Positions 1 through 9,536 of a DNA stretch of 64,000 bases are shown one piece after another. How positions within the stretch are numbered: the first letter of the stretch is position 1; every line of letters starts with the position of its first letter. The notes under the pieces are model-generated. The model did not search any database. It was not told the origin of the DNA and was given only the letters and a program-made list of their open reading frames with translations. Position numbers and translations under genes: made by a program. Source of the DNA: a virus (Duplodnaviria; Caudoviricetes); IMG/VR virus record IMGVR_UViG_3300021255_002539, positions 128,001 to 192,000 of that record. The stretch is one strand, 5' to 3'.

Positions 1-116
1 CTATGTTTTGAACAATGGTGCATACTATAGGTCAGTTGACAAAATATGCAGAGGATACGAAAGCACATTTGGACAAATAGCACAATGTCTATGTGCTTCT
101 AGGCACTTTATGTAAG

Positions 117-1586
117 TCAAACAACCACCATCTCCACGCCATCTACCATCTTGACCACTCCATCTGGAACCCACACATCCAGTTCCAATTTGTCGAAGTC
201 CTTGAAGTCGAATGGCACATACATCACAGTTGATCCCTTCCACTTCTCCTTCTCAATCGACCCAATTGCGTCTGCACACATCTCCACGATGCTATGGTTC
301 CTGGACTTCCCCGAGAGTATCTTCTTGTCTATGGGCAGGACATTCAAGTCAGCTTCCTTGAAGGACTCCTTGAACCGATTGTTGTCGGTTAGGAACACCA
401 CAGTTGGGTTGATTCCATGACCTGGGTTGTATTCTGACTCAATCTTGTTCTTGAAATCCACAAAGTCCTTGAACTCAAGTCCAAAGCAGTCCTTCACGAT
501 TGTACATACGAACAAAGGATGCTTCTCGTCTGGGGTACCGAGTCTGTTGCGCATCTCCTGATAGTACGAACCACTTATGTCCTGGTTGTCCTCAATGTTG
601 TTTTGAAGCAGTTTTCTGATTGCGTCCACACTCGCCAGACCTGACTTCCACACAGGAATGCCATTTCCACCATCCTCAATCAAACTGTCAATGTCCTTTA
701 CGCCAGCTGCATTCAGAAGTCTGGTTATGGCTTCGTACTTGCCACCTGGATCGCCATGCCACACATGGCAGGCGATGTTGTTTGCATACCCAAGTGATAG
801 ATTGTACCCCAGGGCGTGTGGGTTGTCCAACTTGAACGAGGATGTCCACTTCTTGAATGGCGCGAATGTGGATTGTCCCATCAAGGTGTGGAATGTGCGC
901 AGGTCGTCGAGAATCAGAGCTGGCTTGAACTTGCCAATCTCCTGCCACGCCTTTTTGGTCATTCCAATGGTGAATCCACAATGCGAGTTCTCCACGGTCC
1001 TCTTCACTGCCCATCTATACCCTATGCTTTCATGCAGGGAACAAGAATCGTCAGCCTGACAATACTGGTGCGAGGCAAGGGACAACACATCCAGTCCCGA
1101 ATCGAATGCGTCTCGGCACTTCTCCACCCAATCGGAGTTGCACATCACCACATCAGAGTCCAAGAAGCACAGTCTGTCCTCGACGCAATTCTCGACGCCG
1201 ATGTTCCACAAGGGGTTCTTGAGTAGAATTCCATCGCTGTTTGAGGTTGTCTTCACGAAGATGTGCCTTATGCCATACTTCTTTACCCAATTGAACACAC
1301 ATTCTGACTTGCTCTTCTGTGCCTCAACGAACACCCATGTGCTGGGCTTCCTGGTCATTTGCAGGTTGAACTCCAGTGCCTGGGTGGTTGCGCTTATGCG
1401 GGAGATGTCGTTGCCATAGAAGCACTGAACCAACGCGATTCCATCAATGGTCTCGGTCTTCTGCTCCACCTTGTCGTATAGAACCTCTGGCGTATTTGCC
1501 TCCCCAAGCAAAACCCTCAACTTCTCCAAAAGAGTTGGCTTGGAGTCGAATTTCATCATCGTTTCGTCTGTAATTGGATGTTCCAT
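117..1586 (-). CDS. Glycosyltransferase-like protein (GT-A fold)
   Basis: Long ORF with KNPLWNIG...LCFLDSDVV (DxD-type motif) and a later HVWHG, as in GT2-like enzymes. ORF is open to 1688; start placed at ATG 1586, downstream of a CGTATAAT box at 1608-1615. Confidence 0.55.
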   Translation of the reverse strand: MEHPITDETMMKFDSKPTLLEKLRVLLGEANTPEVLYDKVEQKTETIDGIALVQCFYGNDISRISATTQALEFNLQMTRKPSTWVFVEAQKSKSECVFNWVKKYGIRHIFVKTTSNSDGILLKNPLWNIGVENCVEDRLCFLDSDVVMCNSDWVEKCRDAFDSGLDVLSLASHQYCQADDSCSLHESIGYRWAVKRTVENSHCGFTIGMTKKAWQEIGKFKPALILDDLRTFHTLMGQSTFAPFKKWTSSFKLDNPHALGYNLSLGYANNIACHVWHGDPGGKYEAITRLLNAAGVKDIDSLIEDGGNGIPVWKSGLASVDAIRKLLQNNIEDNQDISGSYYQEMRNRLGTPDEKHPLFVCTIVKDCFGLEFKDFVDFKNKIESEYNPGHGINPTVVFLTDNNRFKESFKEADLNVLPIDKKILSGKSRNHSIVEMCADAIGSIEKEKWKGSTVMYVPFDFKDFDKLELDVWVPDGVVKMVDGVEMVVV

Positions 1587-1608
1587 TGATGTACGCATAC
1601 ATATACAA

Positions 1609-2043
1609 TTATACGACATCTGATCCTTTGGTGCTGCCTCTCTCCCCAAGCCAGATATAGATGTAGTAGGTGGTGATATATTTGTCATTGAGGCGGTAGT
1701 GACCCTCGTTCAACTCAACGCCCTTGACCTCCTTGTTGAAAAGCTCAACCTGGTCGAAGAGATATGCGATGGCGTCCTCAGACCTGTCGAAGTCGTGGTT
1801 GCCCATGTCCGTGACATGCTCCATCACCCGAAACACGATGTCGTTGCCAGTGCAACTGGCAATCGTCTCCATCAATTCGTCGAAGAATCCTGGGTCAGTG
1901 TAGTGTGTCATGCCATTCTTGATCCCATTGCAGAACTGCACCAAGTTACATTCCATGTCTTCCATCATCAATCCTCCACTTTTCCACCAAGACAAGTTGT
2001 CAGGTCTTGGGGTTCTTGGAAATGCGCATCCTGACCAAATCAA
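1609..2043 (-). CDS. Hypothetical protein, tandem paralogue family (xLFD motif)
   Basis: ORF in a minus-strand early operon; AIAYLFDQVE matches its neighbours. True start is probably an internal ATG near 1968. Confidence 0.55.
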   Translation of the reverse strand: MIWSGCAFPRTPRPDNLSWWKSGGLMMEDMECNLVQFCNGIKNGMTHYTDPGFFDELMETIASCTGNDIVFRVMEHVTDMGNHDFDRSEDAIAYLFDQVELFNKEVKGVELNEGHYRLNDKYITTYYIYIWLGERGSTKGSDVV

Positions 2044-2377
2044 GTATGGATTCGCTTCCTATAAGTGCCTTTGGGTAATATTCCAATTTGACTATGTACC
2101 ATCTGTTCAGCTCAACCTTGTCGAATAGATATGGGATGATTTCGTCCACGCCATAGTAGTCGTCAATGGACTTGACTATGCCACCGATGTCCTCAAATGG
2201 CTTGAAGTATATCCCCCTCCTGGGGCAATTGGATACAATCTCAAGCAGCTCCTGGAACTTGTCCCCAGCTCCAAGGGCAAGTGGATTGTCCTTGAGCAGA
2301 AGATCAGACTCGTTGATGTATTCCACCAGTCTGCAGATCTGCCCTCTTTCAATTGTCCCAAGCATGTCGTTTCCCAT
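2000..2377 (-). CDS. Hypothetical protein, tandem paralogue family
   Basis: Starts MGNDML after the GGAGAGGAAGG RBS; contains IIPYLFDKVE. Confidence 0.6.
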   Translation of the reverse strand: MGNDMLGTIERGQICRLVEYINESDLLLKDNPLALGAGDKFQELLEIVSNCPRRGIYFKPFEDIGGIVKSIDDYYGVDEIIPYLFDKVELNRWYIVKLEYYPKALIGSESILDLVRMRISKNPKT

Positions 2378-2378
2378 A

Positions 2379-2765
2379 TCACGCCTTCCTCTCCTCCACA
2401 TACAGGTAATACACCCACCTCTCTTCGCCGTACATGAGTTTGACCGAGCCAATTTCAGTATGTAGAACCTCCCAACCAGATGTACCGCACTTGTCGAAAA
2501 GGAAGTCGCAGAATTCCTGGGTGTTCATGTAGTCCCCATACATCCTCCATGCTATTGGATGCTTGTTGAGGTTCTTGAACTTGAAGTTTGTGTGTTCGCC
2601 GAGATATATGCCGAAGACAAATCTTGTGTGGGGCTCGTCTGGGATGGCATTCACGAAGTCTGATATGAAGTCAGCAGTGGATGTGCACTTGTCCTCGTAC
2701 TTGCTGAACACCTGCCATATCTTGTTCGTCTCCATTGGGTCGTCTATGTTGTCATAGCAATCCAT
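2379..2765 (-). CDS. Hypothetical protein, tandem paralogue family
   Basis: RBS plus ATG; contains FCDFLFDKCG. Confidence 0.65.
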   Translation of the reverse strand: MDCYDNIDDPMETNKIWQVFSKYEDKCTSTADFISDFVNAIPDEPHTRFVFGIYLGEHTNFKFKNLNKHPIAWRMYGDYMNTQEFCDFLFDKCGTSGWEVLHTEIGSVKLMYGEERWVYYLYVEERKA

Positions 2766-2783
2766 ATCACACCTTCCTCTCCA

Positions 2784-3191
2784 CTATTGAACATCCCTGT
2801 AAACCCAAATCTCCCAGAACAGAAACCCTCCCCTATGATGACCCTCCCGAAGCCTCCATACATCATAGCCCTTGCATCCACACAGGTCAAAGACGCATTC
2901 AAGGATGGATTTCTCGTCCTGCGAAATGTACTTATTCAGATTGTATTTCCCATTCTTCTTATCCTTGGAGCAGAGGAAGATGTCGAATTGGGGTGACTTG
3001 CCTTGGTTCTCCTTGGACGAAAGTATTTCAGTCAAGCGAGTCATGAATTCCCCAGTGTCAATGTGTTCATCGTAGGAACACAAGAACATATGAGCCAACT
3101 CAGATATGTAATGGCTCTTGTGGGCATTTGTCGCTAGGTTATACATACTCGATGGTGGAGCGGATGTCAACGATGTCGATGTCAACGCCAT
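2784..3191 (-). CDS. Hypothetical protein, tandem paralogue family (ends at TAG)
   Basis: Contains ILECVFDLCG. Start is probably near 3146. Its TAG is in frame with the next gene. Confidence 0.55.
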   Translation of the reverse strand: MALTSTSLTSAPPSSMYNLATNAHKSHYISELAHMFLCSYDEHIDTGEFMTRLTEILSSKENQGKSPQFDIFLCSKDKKNGKYNLNKYISQDEKSILECVFDLCGCKGYDVWRLREGHHRGGFLFWEIWVYRDVQ

Positions 3192-3876
3192 ACTTGAAGG
3201 AAATCTCCTGGCGAAGCTCGTTGATCTTGGTCTGGAGCTTCACATCAGCAAAGTCCTTCTTGGATGACTTCATGTGGACGGCGAAGCAAAGACGCGCCTT
3301 GTTGTCCTTGGTCAGATTCACCTTCACAGTGTTCGCGTCGATGCTGAACTCCTGAGGGATGCCCGTGCCAGACAGGTCCTTGGCGAAGGTTGCCTTGACA
3401 TTGCCAACCAGCTCGGAGTTGAAGTGGTTGACTGTCTTGCGCTTGTCCCCGAAGGTGAATATCTTCGTGGTCTTGGATGGTTCGTTGAAGTCGTAGATGC
3501 AAGCAACGCCAAATACCTCGCCCAATCGCTTGGTCATGACCTTCTTCCAGGTGGACTTGGAGTTGATGTGTTTAGCGTCCTTGTTGAACGTTCCCTTGGT
3601 CAACTTGTCCTTGATGGAAGCCACCACCTTGGGCCAGGAGGCGTTCTCGTAGACCTTGACGACCCCATAGCCATCGTCAGCCTCAAGTTCGACTATGGCA
3701 ATCATCCTCTGGGCTGCGGACGAGCCATCCCAGCATTTGCCCTTCACAGCAAGACCATAGTAGAGAATCTTTATTGCCGACAGATTGCAAGACTTCGCGT
3801 AATCGTGGAGTGCCTGCTCAGTGGGAAGTCCGCCATTGGGATTGCCGTAGATGATGATATCGTGCCACTTCTTCAT
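3139..3876 (-). CDS. Hypothetical early protein
   Basis: 245-aa ORF with GGAG RBS, first gene after a consensus early promoter. Confidence 0.7.
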   Translation of the reverse strand: MKKWHDIIIYGNPNGGLPTEQALHDYAKSCNLSAIKILYYGLAVKGKCWDGSSAAQRMIAIVELEADDGYGVVKVYENASWPKVVASIKDKLTKGTFNKDAKHINSKSTWKKVMTKRLGEVFGVACIYDFNEPSKTTKIFTFGDKRKTVNHFNSELVGNVKATFAKDLSGTGIPQEFSIDANTVKVNLTKDNKARLCFAVHMKSSKKDFADVKLQTKINELRQEISFKYGVDIDIVDIRSTIEYV

Positions 3877-3920
3877 TGCCGTTCTCCTTTGGTGAACTCA
3901 TGGGCATCACCTTTCCCTCA

Positions 3921-3966
3921 CAACACCTATATTATAGCATATTCAGATTCGGTTTGTCAATACCCC
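3921..3966 (-). promoter_or_regulatory. Early sigma70-type promoter (TTGACA-N18-TATAAT, extended -10)
   Basis: TTGACA at 3955-3960 and TATAAT at 3931-3936, followed by the conserved ATAGGTGTTGTGAG leader. Five copies of the promoter occur in the window. Confidence 0.85.
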
Positions 3967-4086
3967 CTATGAGGGTATTACGGATATCCTTCGGACATCC
4001 TTCAATACCCCCTATCAGATTTCTGTTTTGGTATTTGAGGGGTTTTTTGTAAATACTATAAAGAACCATCTATTACATTCAAAACC

Positions 4087-4434
4087 ATGAAGAACTGGAT
4101 TATAAGGCAATTGTTGAAGATGCTGTCCTATGACACCCTTGTGGAGATCATAGCAAAGGCATTGGCGTACATAATGGAATATGCCAGAAAGCACTCTTCC
4201 GAGGAAGGGTGGGAGAAGGCCAAGTTGGCAGTGAAGCAAGTCAAGAACTGGACAACCCTCCTGGACGAGGTTTACGAGGACGACACCCTCACGCCCGACG
4301 AGGAGAAGAAGATTGCAGACGCCATCTCAGGATGCACTGCAATTGAATCCATCTACGAACTTGTGACTGGGAACAAGAAGAAACCCACGAAGAAAACCAC
4401 CAAGAAAACGACAAAGAGAGGAAATAGGAAATGA
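4087..4434 (+). CDS. Hypothetical late protein
   Basis: 115 aa, downstream of GTAAATA (4049-4055); Lys/Thr-rich tail. Confidence 0.65.
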   Translation: MKNWIIRQLLKMLSYDTLVEIIAKALAYIMEYARKHSSEEGWEKAKLAVKQVKNWTTLLDEVYEDDTLTPDEEKKIADAISGCTAIESIYELVTGNKKKPTKKTTKKTTKRGNRK

Positions 4435-5048
4435 GAACGAGAAAACCACTGTTCAGGGAATCTGCTGACGAAGCAACCCTCAAGGACATCGAGAGGACAT
4501 ATGGCCAGAAGACCGCGCAAGCCCTGGACAAGTACTGCAAGTTGTTCAAGAAGACCCCAACCAATGTGGTCTCTGACTTGAAGGCTGACGGAAATGGCAT
4601 GACAGAGTGGGACAAGTTCGATGTCTGGGCGAAAAGGAAACTCAAAGTCGACATCATGGACAACTTCGACGACACTGTTGACTGGACTGGCGCAGAGGGA
4701 AGGGATGCCGCCGACAAGAAGGACATGAAAAGGCGCGAGTAGGACGAACTTCGGGCCACACGGAAGATCAAGAGGGGTCTCAGGGAACTTCGCAAGAACA
4801 AGCAGGACTTAAAGAAGGTCAGAAGGGGCTTGAGGAATGGAAGGAGACTGACCAGGGAATCCATGGAACCTGAGTTTGAGCCAATGAGCGCAGCTACCAT
4901 CGCTGACTGGCTGAACGACCAACTGTCCAAGAGGGGCTTGGTTGGTCATGTTGGCACGGTAAAGGTGGATGGAGATGGAACTGCGAGGTTCAGCGCCGAG
5001 ACCGAAGATGGGGGCTTGTTCAGCATCACTGTAAGCGACATTGGCTGA
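4431..5048 (+). CDS. Putative head-internal protein (205 aa, one TAG read as Gln)
   Basis: ORFs 4431-4742 and 4830-5048 share a frame, with TAG 4740 the only stop between them. Carries LFRE|S and LTRE|S motifs. Confidence 0.65.
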
Positions 5049-5107
5049 ATGCCGATGCAGTGAATATGCTTTACGGCATGACCTGATGGCAATTGGTTCA
5101 GTGTGGT

Positions 5108-5374
5108 TCAGCACTGAACCTTGCTTTTTCTGGAGTCCTTCTCCTTGGTGAGTTTCCACATCTTGTCCCAAAGGTCCAGATGCTCGTCCTTGCTCAACTT
5201 GATGCAGTCCTTGTACTTGTCTGGATGGCAATTCGCGTTTTGGCTGTTTGACAGGGTCTCGTGGCAATAGTCAAGATACAAGTCCAATTCGTCGTCAGAT
5301 AGGCTTTCTGGGTTGACCGTATCCAAAGTGAAAACCCCCTCGTCTCCCTCCACCAATTTGTATAGTTCAATCAT
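5108..5374 (-). CDS. Hypothetical protein
   Basis: 88 aa; ATG overlaps the upstream stop. Confidence 0.6.
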   Translation of the reverse strand: MIELYKLVEGDEGVFTLDTVNPESLSDDELDLYLDYCHETLSNSQNANCHPDKYKDCIKLSKDEHLDLWDKMWKLTKEKDSRKSKVQC

Positions 5375-6540
5375 GCTGACGCCCTGTTGTAGTATTCCTT
5401 CATCATCTCTGACAGTTTCGCGTTGTCAATCGCGGGATGGTCAATCTTGTCAATCTGCTTCTGGATGTAGTCGAACTTGTCCACCACAGCAACCAAATCC
5501 TCTGCAGAACCACCTTGCTCCCCATCTTGCTCTCCCTCGGAAACACCCAGGACGAACACAGAACTGTCCTCCTCGTAGACTCCAGCCCCCTCCACCAATT
5601 TGTCCATCTGGGCGCGCTGTTCCTCTGTAAGCACGACATCGTAGCACCTTCTGACCACAGATCCCCTCAACTGGGACTCGTCCAGTGTGCCATTCACCAT
5701 GTCAGACGCATATACCGTGACGAACTTGGGGACAGACGCGCTCACATGGAATGTCTCCTTGTTGCTCTCGTCCAGAATGTAGTATCCATGCAGTTTCTTC
5801 TCGTCGGGCAGACGCTTCATGTCGTGTACCTGGTACTGGGGAGAACCAACTATGTTCCACGTCCTGTTGGCGAATGTCAAGGTCTCGTGGTCGTGGATGT
5901 GACCCATGTAAATCGTGGAGTAGTCGTGCGTATGATGGAGTATCTCCGACACGATGTTCCCTTCCTCCACATCAGAATAGTTCCTGCTTCCACTCTTGTA
6001 TGCGTCAACGTACTTCTGACCCTTGTACTTGATGTCGCCAGAATAGGATATGTCGAAGTGCCCCATCATCATGTCGTAGTTGTCGTCCAGACCCTGCGCC
6101 TTGATGTGTTCGCCAAGGGTGGTGCCGCATAGCCACGGGACGAGAAGGACAGACTGACCATTCAGCTTCACCTCCCTGGGTACCGAGATCAACTCCACAT
6201 TGTTCAGGTCGAATATGTTGAGGGATGTGATTACAGAGTTGTACTTCTCGTATAGGTCGTGGTTTCCCTGAAGCAGGAACACCCTGCACACAGAAGCCAA
6301 TTTCCTCACCAAGTCGTTCGCCACATTGAGGGATGTCACCTCTATGGATGTGCGCTGATGGAACAGGTCTCCGAGGAAGAACACCTGCTTGATGCCCTCT
6401 GTCTCAATTCGGCCAACCAGTTCATCCACCAAATCCTCGGCTATCTTCTGCCTGGACGCCTTGTCGTTCGATATTCCAACATGCAGGTCGGTGAACACCA
6501 ACGACTTGCCAGTAAGTTCAATGTCAGTTTTCGTTTTCAT
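5371..6540 (-). CDS. Recombination nuclease subunit, T4 gp47/SbcD/Mre11-like
   Basis: Phosphoesterase motifs TDLH, GDLFH, GNHD, GHF and GHIH, plus GSPQY; about 390 aa. Confidence 0.85.
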   Translation of the reverse strand: MKTKTDIELTGKSLVFTDLHVGISNDKASRQKIAEDLVDELVGRIETEGIKQVFFLGDLFHQRTSIEVTSLNVANDLVRKLASVCRVFLLQGNHDLYEKYNSVITSLNIFDLNNVELISVPREVKLNGQSVLLVPWLCGTTLGEHIKAQGLDDNYDMMMGHFDISYSGDIKYKGQKYVDAYKSGSRNYSDVEEGNIVSEILHHTHDYSTIYMGHIHDHETLTFANRTWNIVGSPQYQVHDMKRLPDEKKLHGYYILDESNKETFHVSASVPKFVTVYASDMVNGTLDESQLRGSVVRRCYDVVLTEEQRAQMDKLVEGAGVYEEDSSVFVLGVSEGEQDGEQGGSAEDLVAVVDKFDYIQKQIDKIDHPAIDNAKLSEMMKEYYNRASA

Positions 6541-7366
6541 CTGTATTGTCAATTATATCGGTTTTGGTGGCTTCAACCTATCGCCTTTGCTGAAGCTCAA
6601 GCATCTTCTTGTAGTATGTGTCAGTGTACATCCTGTCGAAGTAGTCTGTGAAGTTTGGTATCGTCCTGTTGAATGTGGACTTGATTTCCACGGCAATCGC
6701 AGAGTACTCTCCGACATGATCGTAGTACCTTCCCTTGAACACCTCCCATGCGTCCTGCATCTCGTAGTGTTCGTAGCAGTCCCGTATCTTCTGAGCCAAC
6801 TCTGGCATGAATGGAAGGAGCAGGAGGGGAAAGTCTCCAGACATCACATACTTGTCCAACCTATGCTGCTCTGCCAATGTCTTCACGCACTGGGATGGCT
6901 CGTTGTACCCAAGCGAGTAGGTGAGGTGCAGGTACTTCTTCACGGCGGACTTGAACCTCTCCACCAACTTCTGCCGCCCCTCGACCAACCTTCTGTTCCT
7001 CAAGAACCGCTTGGTCTCGTCAATCACGATTCCAACCAAATGCTCCATTCCGACACAGTTCTTTGGCACATGCACAGCCCTCTCAGCGACCTTCTTGAAC
7101 ACAATGTGCCTCTCGCGTTCGTCCACATTGTTCTTCAGAAACAACTCGTACATCCTGTCGAAGTGCCTCTTGAACTTCCTGTACAGCGACTTCCCATCGT
7201 AGTTGTCTATGTACGCCTTGGACACATTCCTCACAATCCCATTGTCGTTGTATACCTTGATGTACAACGACAGAACCCTGGCGATGTCGGTTGGGGAGAT
7301 GATGTTCTCCTTCCCCAAAACTGCATGCAGGTTCTCAATGTACGGGTTGTCGCTTGTAGCCATCAA
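6524..7366 (-). CDS. Hypothetical protein
   Basis: 262-aa ORF ends at TAG 6578; read-through adds 18 aa to TGA 6524, overlapping the next start. Confidence 0.6.
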
Positions 7367-7760
7367 TTATCTTCTTTACTATGTTCGCTGTCCTCTTCCC
7401 TGTGTAGAAGTAGTATCCATATACAGCATATATCGTCTACAGAATCCTGTCTATGCCAAAACCCCACTGGTCTTGGAACTGATGCACAAACCCCTCGTCC
7501 ATCAAGAAGGTCTTAATGTTCTTCAGAAGGGAGTCTGACAACGCCTTCAATTTCGCAACCCTGCAAGATGGCCTCATCCCCTCTATGCTCTGAACACGGG
7601 CGTAGAACTTGTCGGCAGACAGTTCTGGATACTTGTCCACAATCTTGCTGTATATGAAGTCGTACTCGTACAAGTCCTCGTTGTTGTCCCTGCATATGGA
7701 CACAGCACTTTGCTTCGTCGCAAATGGAAATCTATTGTCCCTACTGTCGTATTCAACCAT
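7335..7760 (-). CDS. Hypothetical protein (TAG read-through)
   Basis: After TAG 7437 the frame continues TIYAVYGYYFYTGKRTANIVKKIIDG to TGA 7335, filling the gap to the next gene. Confidence 0.6.
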
Positions 7761-7855
7761 TCGTCATACCTCTATGTCTTTTCCACCAACAATTGTCAAT
7801 ATAATTATACGACTTGTGTTGGAAATGGTAAATATTCCAAAAGGACGGCAATCAT

Positions 7856-8596
7856 ATGGGAACAAAGGAAAAGTCAAACCAGCACCTCAACCAAAATGGA
7901 CAGGGATTGGATGGCATCTACCGTGGGGAGGTGCGGAAGCAAATGTCAGATGGACGAGTAAAGGTGTTCGTCCCGGGCGTCTTTGACCCACAATTCGAGG
8001 CAGATGGCAACGAGGACTTCTTGCCCAATGCTGAGGTGATGCAGCCAGTATGGGCGAAGTCAATTGGACAGAGTGGGAGCTTTGGCCTTCCTGATGTCGG
8101 CGCCATCGTGTATGTGGTGTTCCTGAACCAAGATGCCAACTACCCATTGGTAATAGGCACTGTCCTCAACGCGACACCTGGATTCGGAAAGGCCAGTTGG
8201 AACAGGTTGATCAGGAAGAAGAAGTATGTCAAGCAGCTGCTCAAGAATGGGAATGCTGAGATTTCCCTGGACGAGAATGGTTCAATAGACCTCACAGTAA
8301 ACTCGATGGAAGGTGCTGCAGAGGAAGCTGGCTCCATGAAGGATTGTCACATAACCCTGGACAGAACCAACGTGAACAACAGGATCATATTGAGCGCGGA
8401 CGACATAGTGCTGGACTGCAGAAACCTGCTTCTCAAGTCCTTCAACACGCAGATAGACGCCGGGAACAAGGTCATAATCCATGGCCGCGGAGGAAGAGTC
8501 GCCATAATGTCGCCATCCATATTCGTGAACAGCAATTTGGGAAGTGGCACAAACGCCACTGTAATAAAGGGGGCAAGCGGAACGCTTGTTGTTTGA
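7856..8596 (+). CDS. Baseplate hub/spike protein, gp5 N-terminal OB-fold-like
   Basis: GIYRGEV..GRVKVFVPG..PDVGAIVYVVF..DANYPLVIG matches the gp5/VgrG OB pattern. Beta-rich C-terminus; GTAAATA at 7828. Confidence 0.8.
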   Translation: MGTKEKSNQHLNQNGQGLDGIYRGEVRKQMSDGRVKVFVPGVFDPQFEADGNEDFLPNAEVMQPVWAKSIGQSGSFGLPDVGAIVYVVFLNQDANYPLVIGTVLNATPGFGKASWNRLIRKKKYVKQLLKNGNAEISLDENGSIDLTVNSMEGAAEEAGSMKDCHITLDRTNVNNRIILSADDIVLDCRNLLLKSFNTQIDAGNKVIIHGRGGRVAIMSPSIFVNSNLGSGTNATVIKGASGTLVV

Positions 8597-8605
8597 GAAC
8601 AAACC

Positions 8606-9532
8606 ATGAAACTACCAACACTACTAACCACAACACTACTGGTATTCCTGCCATTCCTCCCACTGTGTGGTGGGGATTATCAGGCCAGGCTCACGATGGA
8701 GAACGACACCTTCCTGAAGAAGGACGACACCGACTACACGCACGGGACCAAGTTCGAGGTAATAGACCAAGAACGGGGACTGCACTACATGCTCCAATAG
8801 ACCATGTACTCGCCAAACGACCTGTCTCTGAAGCACCATGTCAAGGGGGATAGACCATATGCTGGCATGCTGATAGGTGGTGTTGGGTATGAGTTCTGGC
8901 AAGACGAGTCCAGTCCATGGTCGAACTATGGCGAGTTGGACTTTGGCGTGATTGGTCCTGCTGCTGGATGCAAGGAAACACAAACCTTCATACACAAGGT
9001 TCTGAACTGCCACAAACCCAATGGGTGGGACGATCAACTGCACAACGAGGTTGTTCTGAATGGACAGTGGTGGACAAAGTACAACTGGGATATATGCGAC
9101 TATGTTGCGTTTGTGCCAAAAGTCGGTGGTGCTGTCGGCAACATAGAGGACTTCGCTGAAATAGGTGCAGACTTGAAGATTGGATACAACATCAGAAGGG
9201 CAGCCAACAACGAGATCATGTTCTCCATGCCAGCACCCAGGGGAGTGGACGATCTTCTGTCCTGGAAGGAGAAGTTGTCCATATATGGTTATGTTGGCGC
9301 CAGTGAGAGGTTCTACCTGTACAACCACATGCTGCAGGGAAGTATGTTCAACAACAAGGACGACAAGCTAAAGGTCGACATAGAGAGGTTCGTAACAGAG
9401 GTCAGAGCTGGCATTGTCGCCCAATATGGCAGATTCTACATCATGTACTACGCCGTGTTCAGGACATACGAATACAAGCACCAGAAAAACCACCCTGACT
9501 TTGGTGGGATTGGAATAGGCTGGACATTCTAA
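8606..9532 (+). CDS. lpxR: LpxR-family lipid A deacylase (outer-membrane beta-barrel), 308 aa with TAG read as Gln
   Basis: Signal peptide, ENDTF..DTDYTHG, Q*TMYSP, DRPYAG, Q..IH..GWDDQL and a C-terminal Phe. TAG 8798 joins two in-frame ORFs. Confidence 0.8.
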
Positions 9533-9536
9533 ACCA

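Noticed and set aside
3958-4015. caataccccctat direct repeat and small palindrome
   Set aside because: Short and overlapping the early-promoter upstream element; not enough to call a separate feature.
8798-8800. Pyrrolysine or other special TAG decoding
   Set aside because: TAGs are spread across many unrelated genes and align with Gln; no pyl genes are present.
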